From Pocillopora verrucosa (lineage: Eukaryota): DNA of 64,000 nt. The stretch covers positions 315,991-379,990 of the forward strand of contig NC_089312.1 of the NCBI RefSeq assembly GCF_036669915.1, given 5' to 3'. The position numbers were made by a program, and so were the translations under genes. Within the stretch, counting starts at the first letter, position 1. Each line of letters starts with the position of its first letter. Below the pieces are notes generated by a model. That model was given only the letters and a program-made list of their open reading frames with translations. It had not been told where the DNA came from and made no database searches. Shown here one piece after another: positions 35,669 through 47,371 of the stretch.

Positions 35669-37139
35669 AGGAGGAGACTGCAAGTTTGAAGTGCGAGAAA
35701 CGAGGTCGAGCATTCCTGTGGGAAACCTTATCAAATACCCCACCGAGGCTTGATGATCGAGGCAGGGAACCTTGCCATTCCTTCTGTGCATCTGTTTGAT
35801 TGACAAGCTTGGAGAGATCTTGTTGTTTTAGCTTCGTCCTTTTAGTTTTCAGACACGTCTTTACACATCGGAGGAAAAACCTCTTTTTGTTTGACACCTT
35901 GGCCTTTCTGTGAGTTTAGGTTTGTGGTTGTCGAAATAAATTTTACAAATTCGTCAGAGAAAAATCAACATATCCCTCGGTTTTTCAATCGGTAGAGCAC
36001 GTAGCGAATAAATTTTCAGCATTTTAAAAACTATTCCGACAATTTTAGAGCCAGTAGAAAGTAGAAAGCAATGCTAAAACAAGAAGAAATATTCATTTAA
36101 CCTATGCCTAGGACAATGAGTTTGAAAAATTGAGAATAATGCTACCTGCGGAGTAAAAATACAAGGCGCTTGGACGACTGACGAAAGCGAGCAAGATCCT
36201 CTTTTAAAAACCAGAATTCAGCGACTCCAATCCAGTTCAGTCGAGTTGCACTTCAGAGAACGGTATAGTCGTTTTTATGCCTACATTGCGGTTTCCGAGC
36301 TAAAGATGAAAACTCTCAGTTATGATTTAACGTCACAGTTGACAGAATTTATTTTCAAACTAATGGAAGCTTGATCTTTCTGAGTTGCTCGGGTCATCGA
36401 AAACATGTCATGGCAGAAGCCGGTAAAACTCAACTGACCGTAAAATTTTGGTCGGAGTACCATATAATAATTACCTTGCTTGTTCGAGCCACACCGGGGA
36501 ATATTGGCGCTAGGTTAATAAGTAGTTATTACTGTCGCGCAAAATGTTGGGCTCGTTTTCTTGAGCGCAGTCGTCGATTTATTGTCCAATATGTGACGAG
36601 CAACTTCATGAACATACAGTGATAAGTGAAAAATGTTGTAAGAATGTGAAACTTGAAAACAATAATTAAGAATATGTATGAGTTTATTGCGGTCAGGTTG
36701 ATAATATGACACTGTTAATGAATTTGTTGATTTCATGAGAATCAACATAAGAGGAAAGTTCGTTTATCATAGAAAGTATCACTTTTATAATATGATTACC
36801 ACTTTATGCAGTAAAGATAACATGCAGATATCAACGAACGATAAAAATATAGGATATTTTGAAGACTGAGAGTGTGCTACCTCAGATTAATGGTGATCGT
36901 AAAGGGATGATGATCAATATTAATTTCATTTTAAACGAATATTCAAGGTGATAAAATTACCCTATAAAAGCATACCAATATCCAAATTAAAAAGAACATT
37001 AACATTTTATAAGCAATCCTGGTGTAAAATTCAAACACTAATCGATGATGATAGCAAAACAATTATACGGAGATGAATTTTTGTGAATATTATTCATCTC
37101 AATTGTCAACCAAAGGACACATCTCCTATGCTGTTCTTT

Positions 37140-37990
37140 TTAGCAGGACATCTGCAGCGCCTCTCTTACAACCATCTCTAAAATGAATTTCATAAATTCC
37201 ACGTTGTTTGACAACCAATTCATTATTGACCTCAGCAAAATACGAGCTGCTTGAACTGACAGTGTTAAGGGTACTGTTATCAAATTTGACGAATTTTTCG
37301 TTGTTGTGACTAGGACTGTGAATATAAAAAAATAGACACCATTTCTGACCCATCGATTTTTAAAAAAATTGTTCGTCTTCGTATCAATGTACCGTTTATT
37401 ACTTCTATCTGTTTGACTAGTCGGGTCAGCTAGATTAGAAATTGCGTTTCCTTTCACATCGAGGCCGTTAGACAAATCGAGGGAGAAGGCTTTTGAATCA
37501 ATATATATTTTGTTCATAACATCTTGTGGTGATGAATTGCTGCTGTCATAGTATGGAATCAACAGTCCTGATTACAAAGTCTGTGGAAGCAAGTTATCCA
37601 TATCCGGCGACTTTTTCGCTAGTTATGTCAGTCATCTGATGATAATGTAACAGCGGCATCATCATCATTTTGACCTCTTCTTAAATCAGTCATCAGCTTA
37701 TTATCAGCATCCCATGCATTATTTTTATCAATTTTTAAACCAGTTGAATCACCCTTAGGCCCTTGAATTTCATAAATTTCTCACCTTTTGGTCCTTGATC
37801 ACCAGTATCACCTATCAGACCCTGAGCACCGGTATCACCTTTTGGTCGTTAAGTACCGGTATCACCTTTTGGACCCTGAACTCCTTGAGGACCAGCGGAT
37901 CCTGGAGGCCCCTCCCTACCCCGTTCTCCATCATTACCTTTCAAATTTTCTTTAATGTAACTATCACCATTAAATGCTCCCATATATACA
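37140..37990 (-). pseudogene. Collagen-like (Gly-X-Y) ORF interrupted by an in-frame stop, followed by a possible C1q/TNF-like region; probable pseudogene or fragment
   Basis: Minus strand 37990-37750: MGAFNGDSYIKENLKGNDGERGREGPPGSAGPQGVQGPKGDTGT*RPKGDTGAQGLIGDTGDQGPKGEKF. A 15-bp direct repeat GGTGATACCGGT(G/A)CT flanks the TAA. Downstream ORF 37126-37562 has weak C1q-like character (VKFDNSTLNTVSSSSSYFAEVNNELVVKQRGIYEIHF). Confidence 0.35.
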
Positions 37991-39448
37991 TATGATTACA
38001 TATTTTTGAAGTAGTGTTTGATCAATTTTTCATTATGATTGGTGCCAGTTTGTGAAAATGGTTTTATGACATCATAATAATCTTTGTGTCTGCTTGATTC
38101 ATTAATGTAATACTGACAATAGTAACTACACAACACACTCATCAAATTTTGATACTGAGTACTGTTATAAAGATAAATCAATCCCCGTTTATCTGACAAC
38201 TGAACAACTTCTGGTGGACAGAATGAATTCCGGGTTCAATTTTGTCATCCAAATTCGTGACGTAATAATAACCGTTTTTGAATTGATTCCGTATTTGATC
38301 CATCCAAAAAACACCATTGAAATTTTTGATTCTGAAGTATTTTATCCACTTAAAGATATCAAAGTTTTATATCGCAGTGTCAACAAATTCGGTTCTTAAA
38401 ATATGAGTAACCCCGTTGTGACAACAGAAAATATTTGTTTGGAGACTCTTTTAGTTGTGTTATTTTTTGTTTCTGTTTGTGTTTCCAATAGTTTGATTAG
38501 TTCCTCTCCTTTATCTTCCTTGGGAGTGTCACGAATTCCTACCTTTTTGGGAGTGTCATGAATTTTTTCTCCCTTGCGAGTGTTAAATTTGTCACTAATT
38601 TTACTCCGATAAGCTGACCTGTTTTGCTTCCAACATTTTCTGCACTTTTTTCGTTGGCTTTTGTTGCTGCTTTTGTGGCCAGATCTTTGACAACTTTCCA
38701 GTCAGTTTGAATGACCAAGATCAAAAAATCCTTCATCATTTTGTATATTTTCAGCAGGCTTCACGGTGTCCACATTGTAATACATATATTGAGTTAGCGT
38801 TTCATGCGATCAATTTAAAAAAATTGATCTCGTTCGGCCAACTCCCACACTACTGACTACTTTTGTACACAGCTGACACCGATTTCACATACTTTTTAAA
38901 AGTATCTTTATTATCATATCTCACAACTGCACAATTAGTTTGGTAATAATTATCTCAATGCTTTTGTAAATACGGGCCGTAATACATTTTATGAATTGAC
39001 CGGATATAGTTTGGTTGAATAGCTTTAAATGTTGTTTAAATTCAAAATCCTCGCCCTCTTTCATCATGCAATAGAACCATCTACTGTCTTGCTATAGTTT
39101 GGTCAATTACAGAAAACCAAAGTAATAATTATTTATCACTTAAAAATATGTGTTATATGGGGAAAACTCGAAAAATCTTGGTGCATACGCTGCGCGATGT
39201 ATTATCAATTATTAGCGTTCCGCAACTGCACACGTTTAAAAAAAGGCGTAGTCATGAGTGGGGACTGAGATATGATGTATAACACCTTGAGAATGCCAGA
39301 GAATACCAACTTAGCAAATATTTATGCTCTGATGTGTCCAAATTGGTGTTTTTTATTTTTGAGGTGTATGAAATATCTGTTTTCAGCCGAAGTTCAATCG
39401 AACCTCCTCTGAATATTTTGGTTTCTTTGGTTGAGCAAGTTACTTGTT

Positions 39449-39690
39449 TTATCTCGAACTCCTCATCGCTTTCAGCTGACGTTTTCTTCTGACGCCATCA
39501 GCTATAACATCTTTGATGGTTTCTTTCGCCAATAGTGTGTTGAATTCCATCAGCTGAGTCAAGCGATCAAATGCTTTGTGAGGGTAATGGAAGTTGAATG
39601 TGCTGTAATGATTATCAGGGTCTTCAAAAATTGCGAATGCTCCGAATTCCTTTTCTGAAGAGGTTTTGCGAGGTACACCTGGGGAGGTCA
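39449..39690 (-). CDS. PLA2G4A: cPLA2 terminal coding exon (5' bound approximate); stop at 39449-39451
   Basis: PGVPRKTSSEKEFGAFAIFEDPDNHYSTFNFHYPHKAFDRLTQLMEFNTLLAKETIKDVIADGVRRKRQ ~ PGVPRETEEEKEIADFDIFDDPESPFSTFNFQYPNQAFKRLHDLMHFNTLNNIDVIKEAMVESIEYRRQN. Confidence 0.85.
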
Positions 39691-42600
39691 AACCGCAAAA
39701 CATCAGCAAATGATATATGGGAGATATATTGGACTGGCAGCCGCAATGCATAGTCCAGATGAGCTAAAATTGTGCAGTTCAGAATGAGTCTCTTCTTCTT
39801 TTGCTTTTCCTTCTTGTTTAGCATTGGCCTTTTGTCTTGGAGACCAGCCATTATTTAGTCATTATTTTTTTGGGATCACATGGTTTTCAAGGGGGAGTGA
39901 AGGGGATATCACCGTATCAGACGTCACTAACAGTGTATAAAGGAAGGGGGACTATAGAAAATTGACTGTCAATGAGGGAGGATCACTAGGATACTACAGA
40001 GCCATGGGGGGACGGGGGGGGGGGGTGGGATCAGGTAAAATTTATTGTGGCACAACTAAAATTCTCTGACCCACACCCCCTTCCCAGACGATAAATAATG
40101 ACCGGTTTCTGACAGGTTGGTGGACGGGGAAAAGTAATGAATAAATAGACATTTTTTTTTAATGTTGGTCAGGGAAGCCAACTAATTTTGGGTGATAAGT
40201 ATTGCTCTGAAAAGTCAACTGAGTAAGTTTGTTAGGGATGCTTTTTGGTGAATTTATTGGGGTAGATCATGTGACCGAACATACCTGGACGGCTATGGTC
40301 TTTGAAAGAGCCGTTCATCAACACAAAGTGTATGACTACGGGGCATTCTGGGTCTTCAGGATCTGAGAACACATAGAACTCCTTCAGACCATGTTTCTGG
40401 TATTGTTCCTGGGCATTAATGGGAGGGAATTTCAATTTGTTCTTTCGTGCCCATTCTTCTGCCAGCAAAAGTTCCTATGGAAGATTAAAAGAGGATTGTT
40501 ATCAATCAGCAATACTGTCAGCTTCTGTTTCACCATTTCTTCTTTATCGAGAACGACTTCTATAAAACTTGAGGTCTACAAACTTGACCGAAATGCGCCC
40601 AAGAAATAGATCAAACTTGACAAAAATGAGGGGGAAACACGGATCATTGTCAGTATCTGAACCACTGCGTACCTTACACTCCCTTAGCCTAACATTGATC
40701 CTGTCTTACCCAACATTGACCCTGTCTTGCCCAAAATTAATTCTGTCTTGTTGACTGTTGTTGGGTTATGCTCAGTTGCTCGATACTAACCTTGATTCGA
40801 AAACACTAAGGAGCCTAGAGAGGAAGTAAGTAGTCTAATATTTATCTTGTTATATATGAGTAAAGCTTAGGTAGATGCAATTAAATCACCTCAAAGGGCA
40901 TCTCTATCTCTTTGTCCCTTGCACTGAAGTCAAATGACAGGAGTACGTCGCATCCCCGCTGGGGTCTTATAACCAATGGATACGGAGAATTGAACACGAG
41001 CCCACTGTCAGCCAGGTATATGCGCTTAGCCTTCAGGGTAGGATGGTCAGCGGTATCAGTGACGTCTTCAGATTCTGCGTGAAAATATGTATTACAGGAC
41101 TATAAAAAAATTGCGATGTAAGGAAGGTTATGCTCACTCTGAGTTTCCTGCGGATGTAATTTTGCACTGGTTCTCCCGGACAACCACTAACAACCGACAA
41201 CTTTTTACGGACTGTTTTTACGTTTGAGAAAAAATAATTCATTGCTTTTAGCTTTTAACTCAGCAAACGACGGTGACTCACCGAAGGGGACTGGAGCGAA
41301 CGCAAGCCCTAGACCACGCAAGTAATTATGCACCCTTCCCGCGCGGCCGGAGCGAGTTTGTAGCACAGGGAACTTGTTCATAAATCTCTGCGCTATTCTG
41401 CCCAACAATCCAGGATCGTTATGATCTTCCTTTGGTTCTTCCATGTCTTTTTCATCAAAGACTGGTACTTCTTTTAGACCATCAACGCCATGTTCCTCAT
41501 CTTCACTGTCGCTTTCCTCGTCATCGTGTCCGTTGTCTGGATACAGAATCTTATCTGGGGGATGGAGGGATATGTTTTGTAAAAATCTCGTATTATTTAA
41601 CGCACTAAGCCTTTAGTGCGGGCAAGATATTTGATTGGCTGCCGAGTCCTCGTTTAACCCATCACAGAGCGCTTGCAGCAAAGCCAAATACATATATCAA
41701 TAATAGTCACATTCCAGAAAATTCACATGACTTAAACTTTAGAGCCTTAAAAGGGTAATTTTTAGCCACAATTATAGCAAAGGAGATACATACGTAAGTC
41801 CTCTCTCATACTGGAGGAGCTGCGGCGAAATTTTCTAATTGCGCTCGGTGCTTGACCCTCACCGAGCATGCGTTGCAGTAAAATGGTGAAGGCACTGCCC
41901 CAGATGCCTACGAAATGCAATGAGAAAGATGGATTGTCAGCTTGGTATATTAAACACGCTTGGTTCCGTTTGCAATTCAATTTAGATCGTCTTTACCTGA
42001 TAACCTTTGTGACAGAACATAAGAATATTCAAGGAGCTTATCGTGGGGGAGGGGAGGGAAGGGAAATTTTCAAGCTTTGCAAATGTTTTTTAAGCTCAAA
42101 TGTTACATGCAAGAATTTTTTTGCTCAGAAAAAATGACTTGCATAACTTCCCCTAAAAAGAATGTTCTTGTACTCTGCCTACATCCCAGATATAATAATT
42201 TTTCAACTCGTCGATCCTTGAAAAAATGGCGACCTGTATGAAACCCTAAATGGAGTATAAGTCCACGAGAGGTCACCAACAAAAGTTTTTAATTAACTTA
42301 TATTGACGTTTTCAGGTTGGAACCTCCTTATATTGGTTATGGCAAGAGGTCGTACGTTTCCGTTAAATTTGATCACCCCAGCTACAGCTTGAGACTATAT
42401 TTATTAATCTACAGTTTATCATCCCCACGAACCCAGACAAAATCATCTTCTTCTTGAAAGTAAAATAAAAACAAACAGGAGAGTTGTTTAAGTGTTACTA
42501 ACCTTGCAGATATTCAAGTGGAGGCTCAGGATACTTTGTGTGAAGGTGCCCACAGAAAAACTTGCTTCCAAAATCCTCCGTTTTCATAAAAGTGCCATAT

Positions 42601-45600
42601 TTAGCCATTCCTATTTCATAAGGGCTAAACTCCATCCATTCTGTTGTAAAAAGAACGTATCATACAAGCTGACGCATTTACAACTTGTCCGACTCTCACT
42701 ACGTCTAGGCTAATGACAGAGTTCTTACGCTGTTTTCATTTCTTTGATCAAGTTTCATAATATTTTGCACTTTTGATATCTTTATCATTTTTCAGTGAAG
42801 TACGCATGCAGTTCTATGTTGCAATATCGATTATCTGACTTGGTCTCTCCAAGATCAGTAGTGATATATTTTACTCACGGCTTTATCATAATTTCCTCAA
42901 CCTAACTGCATCTTTTTTGCAGCCTTACCGCGTTAATTCCACAATTTTTACGCATCCAAAATTTCACACTATCCATGATTCTTGTATTACTATCACACTA
43001 AATTTGTCTATGCCTATTTGGAATTGCTTTACAATATGGTGCGACTTAAACGAAGAATATTTGAAATCTTACCATTGTATGCCTTAGCCGAAACATCATT
43101 CTTCACGTGCACACATGTGTAAAGCGGAAGGGGAACGTTCCCGTGTTTGACTGCGCCACGTTGATCGCTCAGTTTCGGAATATTTTTGAGCTAAAAACGA
43201 AATTCAAGAAACAATTACTTAACAAAAATTACGGCTCTTACATTTGGCAGACTTAAAGAGCGGCTGAAAAGGAAACACTTGTATTCTTAACATATTCAAC
43301 AAACACGCTTTCAACTAAGATATTATTGGCAGACTTAGATTAGACGGCAAACTCTTCGACAACAGGGTGATCACAGACTGAGCGTGATCATACATCGAAT
43401 GCAAGTTGAAATTTAAAAAACGGCGTCACGATGTAGTAGCGTCTGCGGTGAGACCTAAAATGAACTTGTCTATGGTTCTGCGCGGTTTGCGGCATCTTTT
43501 TGTCCTATATCATTATTACAGTTATTAATCTGAAAAGGATTAATAGGATTTCAAGTAATACTTACGTCTCTCAATATGGTTTCACCCACGAGGTAGCCAA
43601 AGAAATCGGTAAAACTGATTGGCTGGCCTTGTATTTTTTTCTGATGGATGATTTTGATGTGCTTGTACAACCACGAAGGTGTCAACATCCAGATCCAGTT
43701 GTATTGCACGTTTTGCCTCAGCTGTTCCATCACTTTCTTTGGATGGACATTTGGAAATTCAGGATGAGAATACAACGTGGAGAGGTACCTAAAGTATGTA
43801 AAAGGTTAACAATGTGTCGTGATGCATTGCGCAAAAAAACAGCGAAAAGAAAATTGATGTTAGCGCGCAGCGAGGAACTCTTGAGGTAAGGCGCACGAAA
43901 AGGAGCAACCGTAACATTTATGTGCCTCACTTCCACACTCCCGCGTGGTGCGCAAAAATCAACCCTTTTTTTTTTGCTGATTCTTTTGCATGCACGACGG
44001 ATTTCGTTACAAACTAAGAGAAAATTACGGGTGAAAGAGGAACAATAAGGCGGAATATTTTGATTGCATCAAAATCTTTTTTTAATCTTTTTACTTACGC
44101 TGAAACGCAATTATTTTCGTTCAAAGAATACCTTTCCCTGTCTTCTTCGAGGTCGTTTTTATCGACAAAAGTTTTCTCCTTGCAGTTTCAAGCTATATCG
44201 TTTTTGCTGGGAAAAACAGATCCAGGTTAAGCCCCCTATGTATAACACGGTAGACTGTCTTCTGTTCAAGAGACTATTGTCTTTTGTATAAACTTACCAA
44301 GTTGATCCTGACAATCCCGCGGCATACATGGCACAGTCCAACACACCCATATCTTCTAGCGCACAAAACACACCACTAAGGCCAACCATGGCTCGAAAAC
44401 CACCTCCGGACCCAACAATACCCACAGTTGGTATCTAGGAGGAAAATAACGACTATGAATAAGTAAGACAAACCAATGCAATTTATCTTTGAGCTTTAAT
44501 TTGACACTGTCTCCAAATACTTTAAATTGGTTACCATCAGAAACCTCATGTTCATCTGTTCCTGGGAACTTCACATTCACCCGTTCAGCAATCGACGAGC
44601 TGGGCCAGAGGTGGGAAGGGTTGGATAGGGGAGGGTAGGTAGGGATTTGTACCCCACGAGATAAAAATATACCTTAAATTTGTTAATGCTTTAGTACCTC
44701 ATACCATAAAGTACCGAAAGTTGTTGAATGTTGTCAATGTACAAACACAAAAAAAGTTATTGAAAAACGAAAATATTGTTTATTTGAATACCCCAAACGC
44801 TTGACCGAGCCTGACTTCTAAAGGTGTTTGTGAGAAGGAAATTACACGGAAAAAAATAGAAAAATAGGCTAACCTCATCCATACTCTTTGGTCCTCTTGG
44901 TCCGAGAAGCTTCCTCATCGCTTGAAACAAGAAAGGCTTCCTGTTCTCTCGAAAATCGATTTCATCCTTACATAGTTTCAAGCTGTATCGCATGTCACGG
45001 GGCTCTGCACTATAATGCAAATTATTCTTTTCAGTTTACTGTTTGCATTTTAGATGGAAGGATGACCTTTAATAAGACAAAATGAAAAATTTACCAGTTT
45101 TTAAGCTCGAGCGTAATGTCCACCTCTGAAGTCTGCATGCAGAAATGAAGAAAGAAGTAGACAACGTTAGAACTGTTTGAAGACATTTCACAATTTTGAC
45201 ACAAATTCTAATCGAGCTTAAAGTCCGAGTAAAAAGTGGATTGGTTAGTAGAAAAAAGAAATTTCTATCTAAATTGTGCTGTATTTTTTTCAATCACTGA
45301 TATGTAAAACACAGAAGTGTACCTACGTCGTAAAACAGATATCAGTACACACTCCTCACCACCAGTTAAACAATAAACATCAATCAGTGTAAACATAATC
45401 TAGACTTTCTGACAAAAATAAACACAGAAATACTTGCAGATGAAAATGACAGTTTACAATACTTTTGGTCTCGTTAATTCGTTACACAATTTCCTAAACT
45501 GTACACAAAATCAGTACCTGTCGAAATACGAAAGTTTTGCGCAAAATTCTATCGATTTCCAGACCACTCAAGGGAAAGGTCTCTGTTTCCCCGACCAAAT

Positions 45601-46508
45601 CATCAATAAATGTATCATCTTCCATCAGTGTAATATCTGAGGAAGAGAAAACCAATACCAAGTTGATGATTAAGAAGACCGTAAAAGAAAAGAGAAATCT
45701 TCCGTTCTTAAAGTTTAAAATCAGTTCCATCTGCAGGAAGTTGCACTCACGTAAAACGTTTTCCAACTCTTTGTCGATGAGAAACTTGAATTCCTTGTTC
45801 CAAACAGGGTTTTTAGAGCTGGATATCGTCTGTGTTTTCTTCCGTCCATTCGGAGCAGTAGGGATAAATAACTTCACATATGGATCTGGCGTGTCGACTA
45901 GAACAAAAACACAGATCGATAAATGATCCATTCACTTACTAGTCAGTCAGTTAAAATCAGTGAGTCAATAAGCCAGTGTGTCAGCTGGTCAATCAGCGAT
46001 CCAGTGAGTAAGTCAGGGAGTCAGTGAGTCAGCCAGTGTGTCTGCAAGTCGGACAGTAAGTGATGAGCCTGTGAGTCAGTGAGTTAGTCAGCGAGTGAGA
46101 TAGTGCGTTAATGAGCCAGTGGGTTAGTTTGGCATTAAGTCGGTCCGTTAGTTTGTCAGACAGTGAGTTGGTGAGTTAGTGAATCAGTAAGTGAGTCAAT
46201 GAGTGTGTGAGTCAGCGAGTCGGTCAGTTAGGAAGTCAATCAGTAAGTAATTGAGTTAGTGAGTCAGCCAGGGAGATAATGAGTCAGTAAGTCAGTGAGT
46301 TAGTAAGTCAGTTAGCTTGTTTGGAAGTCAGTGAGTCAGTAAGTAAGTTATTTAGTTAGAGTGCGGGACTTAATAAGTCGATTCTGTTTGTTCTCAGCTA
46401 AACTACTCGGCCTGATGTTGACTCACAGGTGTCATGCCAGGCGCCAAGTGTGATGTTTCTTCCACACACGACGTTGACGATGAGTTCATAACATTGGCGG
46501 TAGGAGCA
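39449..46508 (-). CDS. PLA2G4A: Cytosolic phospholipase A2 (group IVA-like, PLA2G4 family) gene: N-terminal C2 domain + catalytic lipase domain; gene-level span, at least 13 coding exons; first (Met) exon upstream of 46508 not located
   Basis: Ordered minus-strand exons align along cPLA2-alpha. C2 domain: VNVVCGRNITLGAWHDT|FDTPDPYVKLFIPTAPNGRKKTQTISSSKNPVWNKEFKFLIDKELENVL|ITLMEDDTFIDDLVGETETFPLSGL. Arg200 motif IVGSGGGFRAMVG. Nucleophile GLSGSTW. Catalytic Asp DSGLVFNSPYPLV. C-terminal FSTFNFHYPHKAFDRLTQLMEFNTL. Confidence 0.92.
39985..40095. repeat. Palindromic hairpin element: G-rich arm / AT-rich loop / C-rich arm (same family as 19905-19990, opposite orientation)
   Basis: ggggggacggggggggggggtgggatcagg-taaaatttattgtggcacaactaaaattct-ctgacccacacccccttccc; located in the cPLA2 intron. 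Confidence 0.5.
40250..40470 (-). CDS. PLA2G4A: cPLA2 exon (approximate bounds)
   Basis: LLAEEWARKNKLKFPPINAQEQYQKHGLKEFYVFSDPEDPECPVVIHFVLMNGSFKDHSRPG ~ LLLAEKWAKMNKLPFPKIDPYVFDREGLKECYVFKPKNPDMEKDCPTIIHFVLANINFRKYKAPG. Confidence 0.85.
40681..40760. repeat. ~22-bp tandem repeat x3 in cPLA2 intron
   Basis: ccttagcctaacattgatcctgtcttac / ccaacattgaccctgtcttgc / ccaaaattaattctgtcttg. Confidence 0.7.
40890..41085 (-). CDS. PLA2G4A: cPLA2 exon with catalytic-Asp DSG motif (5' bound approximate)
   Basis: KAKRIYLADSGLVFNSPYPLVIRPQRGCDVLLSFDFSARDKEIEMPFE ~ KSKKIHVVDSGLTFNLPYPLILRPQRGVDLIISFDFSARPSDSSPPFKE; donor TTTGAG|GTGATT at 40889. Confidence 0.88.
41250..41560 (-). CDS. PLA2G4A: cPLA2 exon(s): acidic Ser/Asp-rich linker + RAGRVHN segment (approximate bounds)
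   Basis: DNGHDDEESDSEDEEHGVDGLKEVPVFDEKDMEEPKEDHNDPGLLGRIAQRFMNKFPVLQTRSGRAGRVHNYLRGL ~ ...SDSDDESHEP...SWIHRMIMALVSDSALFNTREGRAGKVHNFMLGL. Confidence 0.75.
41795..41905 (-). CDS. PLA2G4A: cPLA2 exon (approximate bounds)
   Basis: GIWGSAFTILLQRMLGEGQAPS ~ GVWGSAFSILFNRVLGVSGSQS. Confidence 0.75.
42503..42640 (-). CDS. PLA2G4A: cPLA2 exon
   Basis: Acceptor TTTACAACAG at 42641-42650; donor CTGCAAG|GTTAGT at 42502. EWMEFSPYEIGMAKYGTFMKTEDFGSKFFCGHLHTKYPEPPLEYLQ ~ DWVEFSPYEIGMAKYGTFMAPDLFGSKFFMGTVVKKYEENPLHFLMG. Confidence 0.92.
43073..43190 (-). CDS. PLA2G4A: cPLA2 exon
   Basis: Acceptor GTTTTTAG at 43191-43198; donor ACAATG|GTAAGA at 43072. LKNIPKLSDQRGAVKHGNVPLPLYTCVHVKNDVSAKAYN ~ LSSLKEKVNTAQCPLPLFTCLHVKPDVSELMFAD. 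Confidence 0.85.
43585..43786 (-). CDS. PLA2G4A: cPLA2 exon
   Basis: Acceptor CATACTTTAG at 43787-43796; donor AGAGAC|GTAAGT at 43584. WYLSTLYSHPEFPNVHPKKVMEQLRQNVQYNWIWMLTPSWLYKHIKIIHQKKIQGQPISFTDFFGYLVGETILRD ~ WYMSTLYSHPDFPEKGPEEINEELMKNVSHNPLLLLTPQKVKRYVESLWKKKSSGQPVTFTDIFGMLIGETLIHNR. Confidence 0.9.
44298..44434 (-). CDS. PLA2G4A: cPLA2 exon with Arg/oxyanion GGGFR motif and nucleophilic-serine GLSGS motif
   Basis: Acceptor TTTCCTCCTAG at 44435-44445; donor ACTTG|GTAAGT at 44297. IPTVGIVGSGGGFRAMVGLSGVFCALEDMGVLDCAMYAAGLSGSTW ~ VPVVAILGSGGGFRAMVGFSGVMKALYESGILDCATYVAGLSGSTW. Confidence 0.92.
44874..45030 (-). CDS. PLA2G4A: cPLA2 exon (start of catalytic domain; 5' boundary approximate)
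   Basis: AEPRDMRYSLKLCKDEIDFRENRKPFLFQAMRKLLGPRGPKSMDE ~ CPDLRFSMALCDQEKTFRQQRKEHIRESMKKLLGPKNSEGLHSARD; donor GATGAG|GTTAGC at 44873. Confidence 0.75.
45518..45636 (-). CDS. PLA2G4A: cPLA2 C2-domain exon (C-terminal part)
   Basis: Acceptor TCTCTTCCTCAG at 45637-45648; donor CGACAG|GTACTG at 45517. ITLMEDDTFIDDLVGETETFPLSGLEIDRILRKTFVFRQ ~ [38 protein letters not shown]. Confidence 0.85.
45751..45897 (-). CDS. PLA2G4A: cPLA2 C2-domain exon
   Basis: Acceptor TTTTTGTTCTAG at 45898-45909; donor TTTTAC|GTGAGT at 45750. FDTPDPYVKLFIPTAPNGRKKTQTISSSKNPVWNKEFKFLIDKELENVL ~ [49 protein letters not shown]. Confidence 0.9.
45935..46380. repeat. (GTCAGTGA / GTCAGTCA)-type imperfect minisatellite (~450 bp) within cPLA2 C2-domain intron
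   Basis: agtcagtcagttaaaatcagtgagtcaataagccagtgtgtcagctggtcaatcagcgatccagtgagtaagtcagggagtcagtgagtcag... Same motif family as the arrays at 2745-2925, 10385-10680 and 52915-53045. Confidence 0.9.
46427..46508 (-). CDS. PLA2G4A: cPLA2 C2-domain exon (beta1-2)
   Basis: Acceptor TTTTACTAGTTCCAG at 46509-46523; donor ACACCT|GTGAGT at 46426. CSYRQCYELIVNVVCGRNITLGAWHDT ~ [25 protein letters not shown]. Confidence 0.8.
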
Positions 46509-47371
46509 CTGGAACTAGTAAAAGAATTACACTGAGTAAGTATAGGGAAAACCTCTTGACATACAATCAGGGTTCAAACAAGTTTTGCTACCCTTTTACC
46601 TTTGGCCGATTGTGCGAGCCAATTGGCCTATTGGGCGAAAGCCACGCCCAAAAAGGGCAAATTTTGAGCTATAGAACGACTGAATGTCTGAAATTTCCGT
46701 AATGCTGAATACTTTAGTTTTTAAAATCGTTTCTTGGCGAATTTCCGGAAATCAATGCCATGCAGCCATAGACAAAAATACAGGCATCTCCTGACATATG
46801 GTTGGATTTGATAAACCTCTCTTTGTTATAGAGCCACAGCTTTTGCGCAATAAATATGTATTTAGATCCTTTGGCATGTTGAATCCCTCTGATAGAAATC
46901 AGCCAAAAATTTTTCACGCGTTTGTGTAAATGGTAATAGGATCACAGGTTTTGCAATCGCCCCGAGGCCTTTTGACTGTTCTGTGATTATATAATTTATT
47001 GGTGACCAAAAAGTCTGCTCCGTAGAATTTCAAATTGCATCCAACCTCAAATTTTCGGAGCCAAATTGTGCAACTGACTCAGTTGCACAATTTGGATACA
47101 CTTTGAAAATAATATCGTTTTTTCTCGGACACTGCGATGTCAGGAATTATGATTGTAATTGCATTGATTCTGTTATGTCACATTTTTGGCAGAAATGAAT
47201 GGCAAACTTTGTTTTCAGCAAGTCTGTAACGTTATCCAAATCAGTTGAATCGCGTAATGTCCGTAACTTTTTACGTTTACTAATATAGCTATGTTTAAAT
47301 TATCCCTTCAAATTTAAGCGGCCATCACCCTCCAGTCCGTTTACAAATTGTTTGACAACATGATCCGTGTT

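Noticed and set aside
35523-35897. 124-aa / 90-aa ORFs containing PPPPPPPP runs
   Set aside because: They translate the poly-G/poly-C homopolymer tract at 35641-35668 and are not coding.
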